A stretch of DNA of 63,792 nt, the filler included, from Octopus bimaculoides (Eukaryota): NCBI RefSeq assembly GCF_001194135.2. It is 6 parts of 5 records of this genome, joined end to end, with 100 filler letters (N's around TTAATTAATTAA, not from the genome) between each part and the next. Parts side by side here need not be neighbours in the genome. Positions count along the whole stretch, not along the records: positions 29,912 to 54,633 come from NC_068985.1; 5 more parts are not named here. One strand, 5' to 3'. The position numbers and the translations under genes are program-made. Below, one piece after another: positions 38,376 through 51,918 of the stretch; the stretch's first letter is position 1; each line of letters opens with the position of its first letter. The notes under the pieces are model-generated. The model was not told where the DNA came from, did no database searches, and saw nothing but the letters and a program-made list of their open reading frames with translations.

Positions 38376-40080
38376 AGTCCTTGATATATTATTTGGAAGT
38401 ATAATATTTGTCATGGCTTGAATGTGTTGACATTAAGTTTCCTTGAACAGATCTTACCCAGGGCTAAACAAGAACCTACCACATTCAAATATCTCTGTAT
38501 ATTCTATTACAACATTCTACATTAAATTCACATCACACCACTCAGCATTCACAAACAGCTATCAGTATAACACATTTCTTACCCATAATACTTAGTTATC
38601 TTGCAACACAATTTTCCTCTACTTACTCCTAAATCTTGGTAGTAGTTTTGTAATATAGTTTTACTTTCTTACTCACTTTCTTGGGAATTTTCTAAAACAA
38701 TTTCGTTACTCATAATTCATGGTAATTTTATGATGTTGTTTTTCTTACACATAATTCTTGGTAATTTCGTACAACAATTTCCATCTTGAAAATTCTTCGG
38801 AATTTTATAACCAAGTTTTGAGACCCATAATCTTTTCCGCAATAACATTATATATCTTTCTTTTTCTAACTATCATTTTTCGGAGCCACCTTTGTGTATT
38901 AAATTAAAATAACAGCTTTCGCCACTCCACCTAGTTGTTTGTTGTTTTACAATGGCACTTCACTTAAATCTCTTCTCGTTCCCGTAGCTATAGACTTATA
39001 GCAACAACGCAGCGAATCAATAATCGTGTAATGTTCTCTCATTTACGGAATACCAATGCATTCTCCTTGTTTTGACAAAGCCACGGCGAAATTCTCTGCA
39101 CAAAATAGATAAAACAATTTGAATAAAATAGCACAATAGCTTCGAATACATTTTCGACATGTTTTCCCTTCAAAACAAGACGAAACATCATTATCGTCAT
39201 TGCTACAACGATAACAAAAACGATATCTCCCCATATCTATCAGGATAAATATAATAATGGGGATTTATTGTAATACAGACACATTTCCACATATTTTAAA
39301 TGACGGTTCAGTCTATTATATCGACCCGAGTATTTAACTGCTATTTATTTTATCGACTTAGAGTAGATAAAACGTTGAAATCGGCAAAGTCGCTAGAGCG
39401 TGTAGTAGAATGCTTTGCAGTATATTTTCTGACAGTCTGGGCTGAGTTCCAATCCCACAGAATTCCACATTTTCTTTCTTTATTTTCAGTGAGGTGAATA
39501 AAATAAAGTACCAGCTCAAAACATTATAGTAATAATAACTACAACAATAATGATAATAATATTAATAATAACAACAAGTGTTATAATTCTACTCTCAGAC
39601 CAAGGATCACAATGAAAAGGAACAAGGTTACAGAAATATGCACGAACGAGAACGAAAGGAAATATTAATACTATAATCAATAAAAACTTAAGTCACTACA
39701 GTTACTGCTACGGCTACAGTTACTGCTGCTTCTGCTGTTGCTACTGCTGCTACTTATACTTATACTGCTACTAATATCAAATTTGAACAAGATAGCAACA
39801 GCTATAACAACAAAACTACAGCCATCCACAATAGCGTTAACAAAATAGTTGTGTGCTTCTCTACGAAAACAACGTCATAGAATAAGGTTGTATGAGTCTT
39901 GAGGGATTTCTGGCACGGAACTTTCTTCAGATTTAATCGATTTTTAACCACTTAGTCGTGTTCTCTTTCTCTATTCAGTTCGCAATAACTAGATTAACAT
40001 TTTAAAGAACAGACGCGTATATTCGGTTATTGCTTCTTGTTAGAGAAATAATTGTAACACATACATACGCATATAGTCAT

Positions 40081-40134
<54 letters not shown>

Positions 40135-40200
40135 GCGCATGTATAAAATGTATACACGCACACACACACACACACATACATACATACATACATACATACA

Positions 40201-40233
<33 letters not shown>

Positions 40234-40464
40234 GCATATACATACACATTGTTTGAAAGTCAATACAGAATAAGTTTGAAATACAGGAATGGAAGCAGAA
40301 GGAAGGCAATACAAAACTTTACACTTAACTTAATATTTTAATATTGCAGGCTCAAGAAAACTATGTCAAAATAGAGAATGGTATCGGGATAATGTGTGTG
40401 TATGTGTGTGTGTGTATGTGTGTGTGTGCGCGCGCGTATGTGTATTTGTGCGTGTATTCGTATG

Positions 40465-40495
<31 letters not shown>

Positions 40496-41651
40496 CTACA
40501 TGCATATATTTATATGTACGTATGTGTGTGTGTGTGTATGTGTGTGTGTGTCTTATTTCGAGGATATATATTCCTCTTAAAAAGAATGTTAGCATCCAAG
40601 TTATCCCGGTTTAATCCTATATATCGATGAAATATTCATGTGTCACGTTTTATTTAGTAGTATTGTTATTTATTATTTTATATTTGGCACAAATATTAAA
40701 CTCATTACGGAGTCCAGGTATATTTTAATATANNNNNNNNNNNNNNNNNNNNNNNNNNNNNNNNNNNNNNNNNNNNNNNNNNNNNNNNNNNNNNNNNNNN
40801 NNNNNNNNNNNNNNNNNNNNNNNNNNNNNNNNNNNNNNNNNNNNNNNNNNNNNNNNNNNNNNNNNNNNNNNNNNNNNNNNNNNNNNNNNNNNNNNNNNNN
40901 NNNNNNNNNNNNNNNNNNNNNNNNNNNNNNNNNNNNNNNNNNNNNNNNNNNNNNNNNNNNNNNNNNNNNNNNNNNNNNNNNNNNNNNNNNNNNNNNNNNN
41001 NNNNNNNNNNNNNNNNNNNNNNNNNNNNNNNNNNNNNNNNNNNNNNNNNNNNNNNNNNNNNNNNNNNNNNNNNNNNNNNNNNNNNNNNNNNNNNNNNNNN
41101 NNNNNNNNNNNNNNNNNNNNNNNNNNNNNNNNNNNNNNNNNNNNNNNNNNNNNNNNNNNNNNNNNNNNNNNNNNNNNNNNNNNNNNNNNNNNNNNNNNNN
41201 NNNNNNNNNNNNNNNNNNNNNNNNNNNNNNNNNNNNNNNNNNNNNNNNNNNNNNNNNNNNNNNNNNNNNNNNNNNNNNNNNNNNNNNNNNNNNNNNNNNN
41301 NNNNNNNNNNNNNNNNNNNNNNNNNNNNNNNNNNNNNNNNNNNNNNNNNNNNNNNNNNNNNNNNNNNNNNNNNNNNNNNNNNNNNNNNNNNNNNNNNNNN
41401 NNNNNNNNNNNNNNNNNNNNNNNNNNNNNNNNNNNNNNNNNNNNNNNNNNNNNNNNNNNNNNNNNNNNNNNNNNNNNNNNNNNNNNNNNNNNNNNNNNNN
41501 NNNNNNNNNNNNNNNNNNNNNNNNNNNNNNNNNNNNNNNNNNNNNNNNNNNNNNNNNNNNNNNNNNNNNNNNNNNNNNNNNNNNNNNNNNNNNNNNNNNN
41601 NNNNNNNNNNNNNNNNNNNNNNNNNNNNNNNNNNNNNNNNNNNNNTTAATA

Positions 41652-42153
41652 TAGTATATGTTAAAGAAGAAAATGAGGAGTTTTAACAGATAACATCAAT
41701 TTATTAACATATTGTCAATTTATATTTACCTACAATTGTTTCCATATGCAACTCATTCAAATTACAAATTTATAATTTAAAATTGCATTTTGAAAATTGC
41801 GAGTTAAATATTACTTTAGGGCGAAAATTTGACACAAAAGGAATTAGACTAAACATATCAGCATTCATATATTTATGTGTGCATGTGCGTGTTAGTATTT
41901 TTAGTATGTTAATATTTTGGAAATGTTTAGTCTGTTGAGAAGACTCAATCAATTAAGATGTGATTCATTTTGTGTCAACTTTTCGCCCTAAAGAAATATT
42001 TAACTCACAATTTTCAAAATGCAATTTTAATTTATAAATTTGTAATTTGAATGAGTTGCATATCGAAACAATGGCAGGCAAATGTAAATTGACAATATGT
42101 TAATAAATTAATGTTATCTGTTAAAACTCCATTTTCTTCTTTAATATATACTA
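41652..42153. mobile_element. ~500-bp fold-back element with ~190-bp inverted arms
   Basis: 41652-41844 is the reverse complement of 41963-42153 with scattered mismatches and indels; spacer about 118 nt. Confidence 0.85.
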
Positions 42154-42170
42154 CACTCACACACACACAC

Positions 42171-42201
<31 letters not shown>

Positions 42202-42303
42202 CATGCATGAAGGAAAATAAACATGGAGGATGGCGACTAGGCAGAAAGTACGGGGAACAAGGTCAACAAGAAATGGATATATTGTATACCTAAGTGTACA
42301 TAG

Positions 42304-42337
<34 letters not shown>

Positions 42338-42352
42338 GCTGCTGCTGCTGTT

Positions 42353-42541
42353 GGGAGCTAGCTGGCAGGGTCGTTAGCACACCGTAAAAATGCTAGGCGA
42401 CATTTTATCCTGAGTTCTGAATTCAAATTCCGCCGACGTTGACTTTGACTTTCATCTTCTCAGGATCCTCAAAATAAGTAGTAATCGAGCACTGGAGTCG
42501 CTGTAATCGATATACTCTCGCCGCCAAAATTTCAGGCCAAC

Positions 42542-42593
<52 letters not shown>

Positions 42594-42595
42594 TC
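42353..42595 (+). mobile_element. SINE B with (AGT)n tail
   Basis: gctggcagggtcgttagcac...ttcaaattccgccg...then (AGT)n. Confidence 0.75.
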
Positions 42596-42633
42596 ATCAT
42601 GATTCAGGATTTACCTTCTTCCTGATAAATTTA

Positions 42634-43307
42634 CGAGATGGTACTAAAAAGTTCCCGGATTAGATATGTTTAATAAAAAGTAACTTATCTAATCCTATAT
42701 ATCGATGAAATACTCATGTGCCATGTTTTATTTAGTAGTATTGGTATTTATTATTTAATAATTGGCACAAATATTAAACTCATTACGGAGTCCAGGTATA
42801 TTTTAATAGTCACCTTGCGCAGTAATACGTTGGTCCCAGCGTTCCTGACAGTTTTGGAATCTGGCCTGGAAGTCGTTTACCGTAAGCGAATCAAGGACCT
42901 GAGGGACGAATTCTCGATACACAATACTGCGGATATCGAAAAACAACAACTATGAGCATGCGTGTCTGTCGTGCGCCCGGGCCTCTCGAAACATTGCGTA
43001 CGACCCATTGCTTCGTTGCCGTTAGCTTGCCGAAGCATGCTCAATGTCTCTAGCAGATTTCCCAAATTTAACGCAAAATTTCACGTTAGCTCTTTGTTCC
43101 AACTTCCTGTCTATGACAAAAATTGCAGGCTACAGCATACGCGTGATCAGAAAACACAAATATCACAACATGGGAAATAAACACAGTGATTTCACTCGGC
43201 ATACTGCCTCATGAAGTCACTGCTAGCTCTCATTATGCAAGCAACCGTGTGCAGTCATCTGTTAGCGCGCTACAAAACTAGTCCGGGAACTTTTTGATAC
43301 CACCTCG
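42634..43307 (-). mobile_element. Internally deleted mariner element
   Basis: TIRs cgagatggtactaaaaagttcccggattag and ctagtccgggaactttttgataccacctcg. Minus-strand remnants of the N-terminus (MLRQANGNEAMGRTQCFE), middle (FDIRSIVYREFVPQ) and C-terminus (FQNCQERWDQRITAQGDY). Confidence 0.9.
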
Positions 43308-43753
43308 GTTTCTTTCTTTTTTCTCTCTCTCTTTATTCCTTTACTTATTTATCTATGTATCTGCTTATTGAATGACAACGGGCAAACTATTTGAATTATG
43401 CACGTGTCATTATTATGGTTTTAAATTTTGATCTAGAACAATCCAGAGAAAAATATATTTATCACCAGCTATATAAACTGATAGGTCTTCGGCTTGTAAC
43501 TAGTTTGATAAGTGCCAACGCACGAAACTCTCAAATAGTTTGCCCGTTGTCATACATACATACATACATATATACATACACGTTATACATTATCTTAACT
43601 CGGAAATGTTGACCAAGGCATCTGAGCCGAAACATCGAATCACTGACCAACCGTTTTCTTGTTAAACTAAAATAATTGTGGTGTCGAGCAAAATGTATTT
43701 AGTAATACTTCAATTAACGTTTCAATGTTTTTAAACATAAGCATCCTTACAAT

Positions 43754-43798
<45 letters not shown>

Positions 43799-44209
43799 AC
43801 ATAAACAGAGTGAGACAGACAGACAGACAGACAGAGGGATGTTTGAATGTAAGAATAGTTACATTTAAAAACATTCAAACATGTGTGTGTGCGTGTGTGT
43901 ATACGTATAGGCGTGTGTATGCCTTTGTGTGCTTACCAGCGTGAGTAAATGCGTATTGTGAGCGATACATCAAGTGGCGTCACCTGTGATCGAAATACGG
44001 CAGGATTACTGTCATCTAATTAAGCAAGGTTTGTTCAAAGCTTCGTATTTTCGCTGCTTATCGCCATTCCCAATTCCACCAGCATGATGCCTCTTGCGTC
44101 ATTTCTTCAACATATCAAAGAATATGTGATTAACTCTTGAAGATAACCTTCGCCATTGATTTATTTATCGGCAACAGTTTCATTGTGAATGTGTGGATGC
44201 GTGTGTGAC

Positions 44210-44250
<41 letters not shown>

Positions 44251-45092
44251 GTGCGTGTGAGCGCATGCGTGTGTGTGTGTGAGCGCATGCGTGTGTGTGT
44301 GTGAGCGCATGCGTGTATGTGTGTTCGCGCGTGTGAGTATGCGTGTGTATATTTTAGAATATATGACTGCGTGATTGTGCTTGTGTGTGTATAAATGTGT
44401 ACAAATGTGTGTGCTTGTGTGTGTATGCGTGTGCGCGTGTGAGTGTATGTGTGTTTATGTATCTGTATATATGTATGTATAGATATGTGTGTGCGTATAA
44501 AACTTCACATGCATACACATTCACATGCAAGTACATATATGTATGTATGCATGTATAAGCATACGTATGTATAAGCATACGTATATATACATGCATACAT
44601 GTCAATGTTCATAAATAAATGCATATATATGCATGTATGTGTTCATGAATGTATATGTATATCTACTTATTCTTTTGTGTGTGTGAGTGTACACGCTATC
44701 CACTCCTACATGAATACAAGGTCCTCAAACAGTTNNNNNNNNNNNNNNNNNNNNNNNNNNNNNNNNNNNNNNNNNNNNNNNNNNNNNNNNNNNNNNNNNN
44801 NNNNNNNNNNNNNNNNNNNNNNNNNNNNNNNNNNNNNNNNNNNNNNNNNNNNNNNNNNNNNNNNNNNNNNNNNNNNNNNNNNNNNNNNNNNNNNNNNNNN
44901 NNNNNNNNNNNNNNNNNNNNNNNNNNNNNNNNNNNNNNNNNNNNNNACACAGTTCATATATATATATATATATATACATTAATACATAAATACATATATG
45001 TATATATGCATATATATATATACATATATATACATAGTTATGCATATATATACATATGTATGTATATACATATATACATGTATATAAATATA

Positions 45093-45223
<131 letters not shown>

Positions 45224-48200
45224 GTGTGTATGTGTGTGTTTATGTATGTATACACGAGCGCAATCTTGTAAAGATACGAATCAGCTATAGAACGATAACT
45301 ACGTTTTCATCTTAACCGTTCAACTATCGTCCATCTACTTAACGATAAAAACAAAATCAGTGGGATTAGTACAAGTCACGAGCCGATCTCATATAACAGC
45401 GTTCGTTGGTGAATGGTGAAAAAAATGGTAGTGATGGAAAACTTTACGGAAGCTGGAGATAGAGCGATAGTAAATTAATCAAGATGAGTTTTAATTTTTG
45501 TTGAATAACTTTTTGTTGAAAAGCACTAGCTCGAATATCAAGATAAATTTCTAGTTTTGATGGAAGGCCGTTTACACCACATACATAAGCTTCCCTACTT
45601 CCACTTGTACCAACGATAACAACGGCATCAACGCAGTAGAAATGAAGCTTCTAAGTTGTCGCTCGACCTTGTCTAGTGACCGTAGTCAAATCTCTCACAT
45701 CGCACCTTGCAATCTCAAAAATAAATGTCCAGAATGAGTAATGTTGTTTTGGCTATACAAAAAGACGGGATGGTCGCAATTTGGAAAATTTTGTCTGCAA
45801 ATCCTTCGAAATCTGGTTAATAACGGGTACGAATTGAAGAGAGGCTGCACTTCATGTCACTGTTAGTGTCATCTTTAAGGAGGCGAGTAATAGCAATTGC
45901 GTATAGGAAAGTATTAATTGCCCAGGAATCAACATTACATGAATTCCTAAGTTTTTTAGCTGCAGCATCAACAACTGTGTATGTATGCGTGTATGTATGT
46001 GTACATATATGTATGGATATATGCATATATTTATATATTATCCATATTATTATATGATCGAATGCCACGCATCCGTTTCCAAGTAAGTTTTATCTTCCCT
46101 GTCTATCTCTCTCCCTCTCTTGTTCTTTATCCTTTCTGTTTTTCTCTCCCAACCGTTCCCTATTCTTCTCTTCCTTTCACCGTTCCCTCTCTCTCACTCC
46201 TCCTCCTCCTTGACCCTCTCGTCGCTGACACGTGACGAAAGGGATTCTTTCTTTCTATTTCCTGCCTTCCTATAGAGAAGACGTGATATTTTTTGTCTCT
46301 CATTCACATCTAACTCTGCGTTCAAAATAATAATTTTTCTATCGTCTTGGCCTAACAGCCCTTACCGTTTGTTTTCACTTCACTGTCTTGTTTTTACTGT
46401 CTTTTACCATCTTGTTCTCACTGTCCTGTTCTTGTTTACACTTTCACCCTCCGCAAAAAATATTTAATTCGCTTTGCGGGAAGAGCTGTTCCAACGAAGT
46501 CGCGTATTGTCTTTGCCTTCGAAAGGCGGAGGAAAAAGAACAGGGACAACTGATGAAGGGAAATATTCTTTTATGTTGCATGTCTCGTTTCTCTGTTTTT
46601 TTCGTTGTTCGAAAAAAAGTTCGTCTTCTGTCTTCGTCTTTATATTTTCGTTTCTCATTGTTTAACGTTTTTTTTTTTTGTGTGTGATNNNNNNNNNNNN
46701 NNNNNNNNNNNNNNNNNNNNNNNNNNNNNNNNNNNNNNNNNNNNNNNNNNNNNNNNNNNNNNNNNNNNNNNNNNNNNNNNNNNNNNNNNNNNNNNNNNNN
46801 NNNNNNNNNNNNNNNNNNNNNNNNNNNNNNNNNATGAATTTAAACGTCCGTATAAACCTGGTAAACCATAAGAAACTGAGGAAGGGGTATAATACTTCTT
46901 TCAGAAAAGAAGAAACAGAAACAAAAAAAACTATAAAAAACTAATGAGAAACAAAAAAGAAAGTAGAAGGGAATAGAAATAATGAACAGTTAAATGTTTC
47001 TGTTAAATTTGTTTTTTTGTTTTTTTTTTGTTTTTTTTTGTTTTTGCTTTTTTTGTTTGTTTGTTTTTTTTGTAGTTTCTATGAAATTATCAATGGGTGG
47101 CGGACCTTTGAAAATACATTGTACTTCCAAGCATAGTAGACATTTTAAAACAATTTTTGAAATGCTCTTTTTCTCTGAAACTAGTAAATTTTGAGTTGGT
47201 ACAATTAAGGCCATAATGTTTCTGCATAGTCACCAACCATTCCATCAGTTGCGGTGGGAAGGAAAGGTGAAAGTTATGAATTACGGGTCCCATTGTACCC
47301 TCACTAACAAAAACAGGGAAAATAATAACGTTCTTTTGAGGTGAAGCTTTTTCTTTTTTTCTTTTTGTCAGTTTTTTAGTAGTATAACAAGATTTCTGTA
47401 AAATGGATTAAATAACAACCAGTCAGTACTATAGTGTATTTTGTTCTTCTAGATTAATCTTCAATAAAATTAGTAAGAGTCTACTGGTTCGCTAAAGTCT
47501 TTGCTATAGGAGTGTCATTATCAACACACTGTAATTAATGCTGTCCATTTACGATATAATAATATAGCATACGAACGGAAATATTGATAGCATTGATATC
47601 GATCAGCAGAATTTTTACTCAATACCAAGTTCAGAAAGGCCAATCATTGATGATGTGATATGAAACGATAGAATGCTTATGCGTGTGTGCTGAGAGAGAG
47701 TGGGAGGGGGGGAGAAAGAGAGAAGGAGAGAGAGAGAGAGATAACATAGGATGCATATATGTGTGTGCTGATATAGAGAAAGAGAGAGTGTGTGTGAGGG
47801 TGAGAGTGTGATATATCGTCAACGTAGGAATGAATGTAGTAGCCTATAACTCCTTGTGTGTGAGTATGTCTATGTGTGTATGTTGTATATGGTCGGTATG
47901 TATTACTTATATCTGTATTATATAGCTGTATAGAATATAGAATGAATCAAATGATATGTGTATGAACGTATATGTTTGTGTCTCTCTATATGTGCACATA
48001 TATGTGTGTGTGTGTATTGTTCTTCAGACCATTCATGAATCCACAAAACGAATAAGCGTATAAACACACACACATATATATATGCATACATGATACATAT
48101 GTACACGAGTTAATATGAGTCTACATGCATATTTCTACACAACATGCAGACGCACACAGACGCGTTTTTTTTTTTAATGTAGTAGGGAGGGCATGGTCCT

Positions 48201-48594
48201 TTTTGAATATGTATATGTATTTCTATGTTTGAACCTATCCACATACATGCGTTCACAACTGGATGCATTCATCAATATGAGTTTGAGTATAATTTCTCTT
48301 ACTACTATTATCCCCTTCATAGATACAAAATACCGTTTAGCATTGTTTCATGCTATAATACCGTTTGTAATTCTATACCCCGTAGCTTATCACATCTTAT
48401 AGTAAAGCAATATCCATACAATGAGATCAATGTGGTTTCATGTTGCATCGCGTTCGATCCTTTCCTCTTCCATTCAGAATCTCTTTTATGTTCTTTTCAT
48501 TTGGAGTATTTGCCGATATTAACATGTGAAGGCAACGCTGGGCTTACTGCTTATTATATTCTCTGCGAAAAGTATATACATATACATATATACA

Positions 48595-48658
<64 letters not shown>

Positions 48659-49196
48659 NNNNNNNNNNNNNNNNNNNNNNNNNNNNNNNNNNNNNNNNNN
48701 NNNNNNNNNNNNNNNNNNNNNNNNNNNNNNNNNNNNNNNNNNNNNNNNNNNNNNNNNNNNNNNNNNNNNNNNNNNNNNNNNNNNNNTATATATATATATA
48801 TATATCGTGACTTCATTGTGAATATCATATGAAGTATATCGTGTGACTTACATAGATAGCATAGGGTGCATTGTATGTGTCAATAGGATTATTACATACA
48901 CGTTTATACACATTCACACACACACACACACAAACATACAATTATACACAGATAGAGATAAATACATACAAATGTGTACACTTGTTTGTGTGTATGTATG
49001 TATGTATGTATGTATGAATATAACGTACTTTGAGGCTAATAATTATTATGATTATGTTGACAGTGACTTCCAAGTTTCGCCATCTATGACTTTTACTGGG
49101 TTTTTCATAAGCAGCTACTGTCGAAGCTCTTAAGTCACTGCAAAACACTACATATAGATGTGTGTGTGTGTGCGTGTGTGTGCGTGCGTGCACGCG

Positions 49197-49227
<31 letters not shown>

Positions 49228-49295
49228 TACTCTTTACCACTTCATACTAAAAATATCCGCCTATGGATATAATAATAGATTACTTTATTTTGTCT

Positions 49296-49344
49296 GTCTC
49301 CGATGAAGGGAAGTACTGGATCTTCCCAGAAACAGCTGTAAGAC
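49296..49344 (+). ncRNA. Minimal type I hammerhead ribozyme motif (U4C core variant)
   Basis: GTCT CCGATGA A GGGAAG tactggat CTTCCC A GAA ACAGCTGT A AGAC. Stem I 4 bp, stem II 6 bp, perfect 8-nt palindromic stem III, GUA site. Confidence 0.8.
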
Positions 49345-50196
49345 TCTATCCATAAAATTCTTCAACCTTACCTTTGCTCTCTTTATCTCTTTGTTTTTAT
49401 ATATTTACATATACACNNNNNNNNNNNNNNNNNNNNNNNNNNNNNNNNNNNNNNNNNNNNNNNNNNNNNNNNNNNNNNNNNNNNNNNNNNNNNNNNNNNN
49501 NNNNNNNNNNNNNNNNNNNNNNNNNNNNNNNNNNNNNNNNNNNNNNNNNNNNNNNNNNNNNNNNNNNNNNNNNNNNNNNNNNNNNNNNNNNNNNNNNNNN
49601 NNNNNNNNNNNNNNNNNNNNNNNNNNNNNNNNNNNNNNNNNNNNNNNNNNNNNNNNNNNNNNNNNNNNNNNNNNNNNNNNNNNNNNNNNNNNNNNNNNNN
49701 NNNNNNNNNNNNNNNNNNNNNNNNNNNNNNNNNNNNNNNNNNNNNNNNNNNNNNNNNNNNNNNNNNNNNNNNNNNNNNNNNNNNNNNNNNNNNNNNNNNN
49801 NNNNNNNNNNNNNNNNNNNNNNNNNNNNNNNNNNNNNNNNNNNNNNNNNNNNNNNNNNNNNNNNNNNNNNNNNNNNNNNNNNNNNNNNNNNNNNNNNNNN
49901 NNNNNNNNNNNNNNNNNNNNNNNNNNNNNNNNNNNNNNNNNNNNNNNNNNNNNNNNNNNNNNNNNNNNNNNNNNNNNNNNNNNNNNNNNNNNNNNNNNNN
50001 NNNNNNNNNNNNNNNNNNNNNNNNNNNNNNNNNNNNNNNNNNNNNNNNNNNNNNNNNNNNNNNNNNNNNNNNNNNNNNNNNNNNNNNNNNNNNNNNNNNN
50101 NNNNNNNNNNNNNNNNNNNNNNNNNNNNNNNNNNNNNNNNNNNNNNNNNNNNNNNNNNNNNNNNNNNNNNNNNNNNNNNNNNNNNNNNNNNNNNNN

Positions 50197-50233
<37 letters not shown>

Positions 50234-50489
50234 AATTCATAAATTTCGGAAGAACGTGAAATAGTTCTTTATAGAATAGTTGATCTCAAAGTAGATGACA
50301 AGGCTATAGATATTAGCATGTAAACTTAGAGTTTTTGAGTTGATATACGGTGAAATAACAAGTATTATATTAGAAAAAGGTCATTAATTCAAGCATCAGT
50401 TACGTACTGTTGTGTCAGCCGGATAGACAGATTACTAAGTTTGTCATGAGTCCTATGAATCATAAGACCATGGCTTAAACCTGTTTCAC

Positions 50490-50690
50490 ATGGTTTATAA
50501 GTCAATGAGATTACAACATTCCTTGCTGTTGAGATGCCACTCTGGACGTTAGCCCTTCCCAACTATTACAGGAACTCGTTACAGCTGAGCGAATTGTTTT
50601 ACTCAAGAACAAAATGTACTGCTTCATCCGATCTTACGATTCTGAGTGCACCACCCTAACCACTATGCTACGCGCCCTCACAACGGACAA
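50490..50690 (-). mobile_element. tRNA-derived SINE (family C-like)
   Basis: caccctaaccactatgctacg is a reverse A-box; body acagctgagcgaattgttttactcaagaac. Confidence 0.6.
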
Positions 50691-51072
50691 TTTCCTCCCT
50701 TGTAACGTATGGACTTGCGCCAAAGAAATCAATACTAGTAAGGTTATTTTTAAATATTTAGATTTTAGAGTAATAGATTTAAAATTTCTTGGCGTTTGAC
50801 ATTAATTGGTTCAATAAATTCTATGTCCCATTTCTCATTTTAAATGCGGAAATAACCTATCAAACGTGGAAGTTCTCGAAGAAGAATTTCGTTAAGCTGT
50901 AATAACGATCCGGTCTTTCTAGATTCGCATACTTTCAGAATTTTCAATAGCAATTCTCAAATGCGAACGTTTACGGATAAATTGTTCTCTGTTTAAGCCT
51001 TTTTCCTTCGTGCCAGGTTACAGAAGATATAATCCTCTTCGTGTGCGTGAATGTGTGTGTACGTGTGCATCT

Positions 51073-51162
<90 letters not shown>

Positions 51163-51729
51163 CCGCGCACGCATATTATGTCGAGAGAAATATACACTCG
51201 GTTCAGTGCAATCCTTCTGGCCATTGCCTTCATGCGATGCTTGTCAAAGGCAATTATTTTACGTTAATACTTTTATGAAGCACTAAAACCCGGAGATGTG
51301 CAGCTCAACTCTGTTTTCCTTTAGCGTTAAGCTTCAGCAGATAATTCTCGAACTGGGCAGGACTTTCTCAAACTACTGGGCTCTCGTCTAATCTCACAAT
51401 TCATTGTAAGATTAGAATGTTTATACACTCATATGGTTTGTATGATTATACGTATATGGAACGTTTGTATCTAGGAGCTATGTCAGTAGGGGATTGGCCT
51501 ACAAGTAGAAATGTCAACGCCTCGTATCAGATCACGGGAAACTGTTCTAATTGTCTCCTACCGGCGGAGTTAACTCACAGTGGTCCAATGCAACCGACTG
51601 AAAAATGTGCGTATGAATATTTGAATATATATCAGCTTTTGGGAATATATAAATACATACCTGTATAACACTTTATAATATAAATTACGCAGTTTGATAT
51701 GGAGAAATCTAAAGGAATACATACATACA

Positions 51730-51887
51730 TACATACATACATAAAACAGGAAAATTAAAATTCTGCACATATACATACGTTCAAAAATACTGTGTTATTG
51801 ATGTTGAAATGCCAAAGGAGCCTTGGATCTAGGTTAGAAACGGATTGTTTCTCTATTGGCAAGAAATCTTGAAATAAAACTGAATAC

Positions 51888-51900
<13 letters not shown>
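51730..51900 (+). mobile_element. 3' UTR-only copy of the R4-like family, flanked by (TACA)n
   Basis: ttgatgttgaaat...tctaggttagaaac...tattggcaagaaatc.tgaaataaa.ctgaata matches 18165-18265. Confidence 0.8.

Positions 51901-51918
<18 letters not shown>

Noticed and set aside
45831-45974. 144-nt minus-strand open segment VVDAAAKKLRNSCNVDSWAINTFLYAIAITRLLKDD...
   Set aside because: Phase would fit, but the donor GTACCC is very weak, the acceptor lies in a microsatellite, and no homology was recognised.
46530-46580. CTGATGAAGG motifs at 46550 (+) and 17110 (-)
   Set aside because: No downstream GAAA after the stem II-like hairpin, and a permuted (type II) fold does not form.
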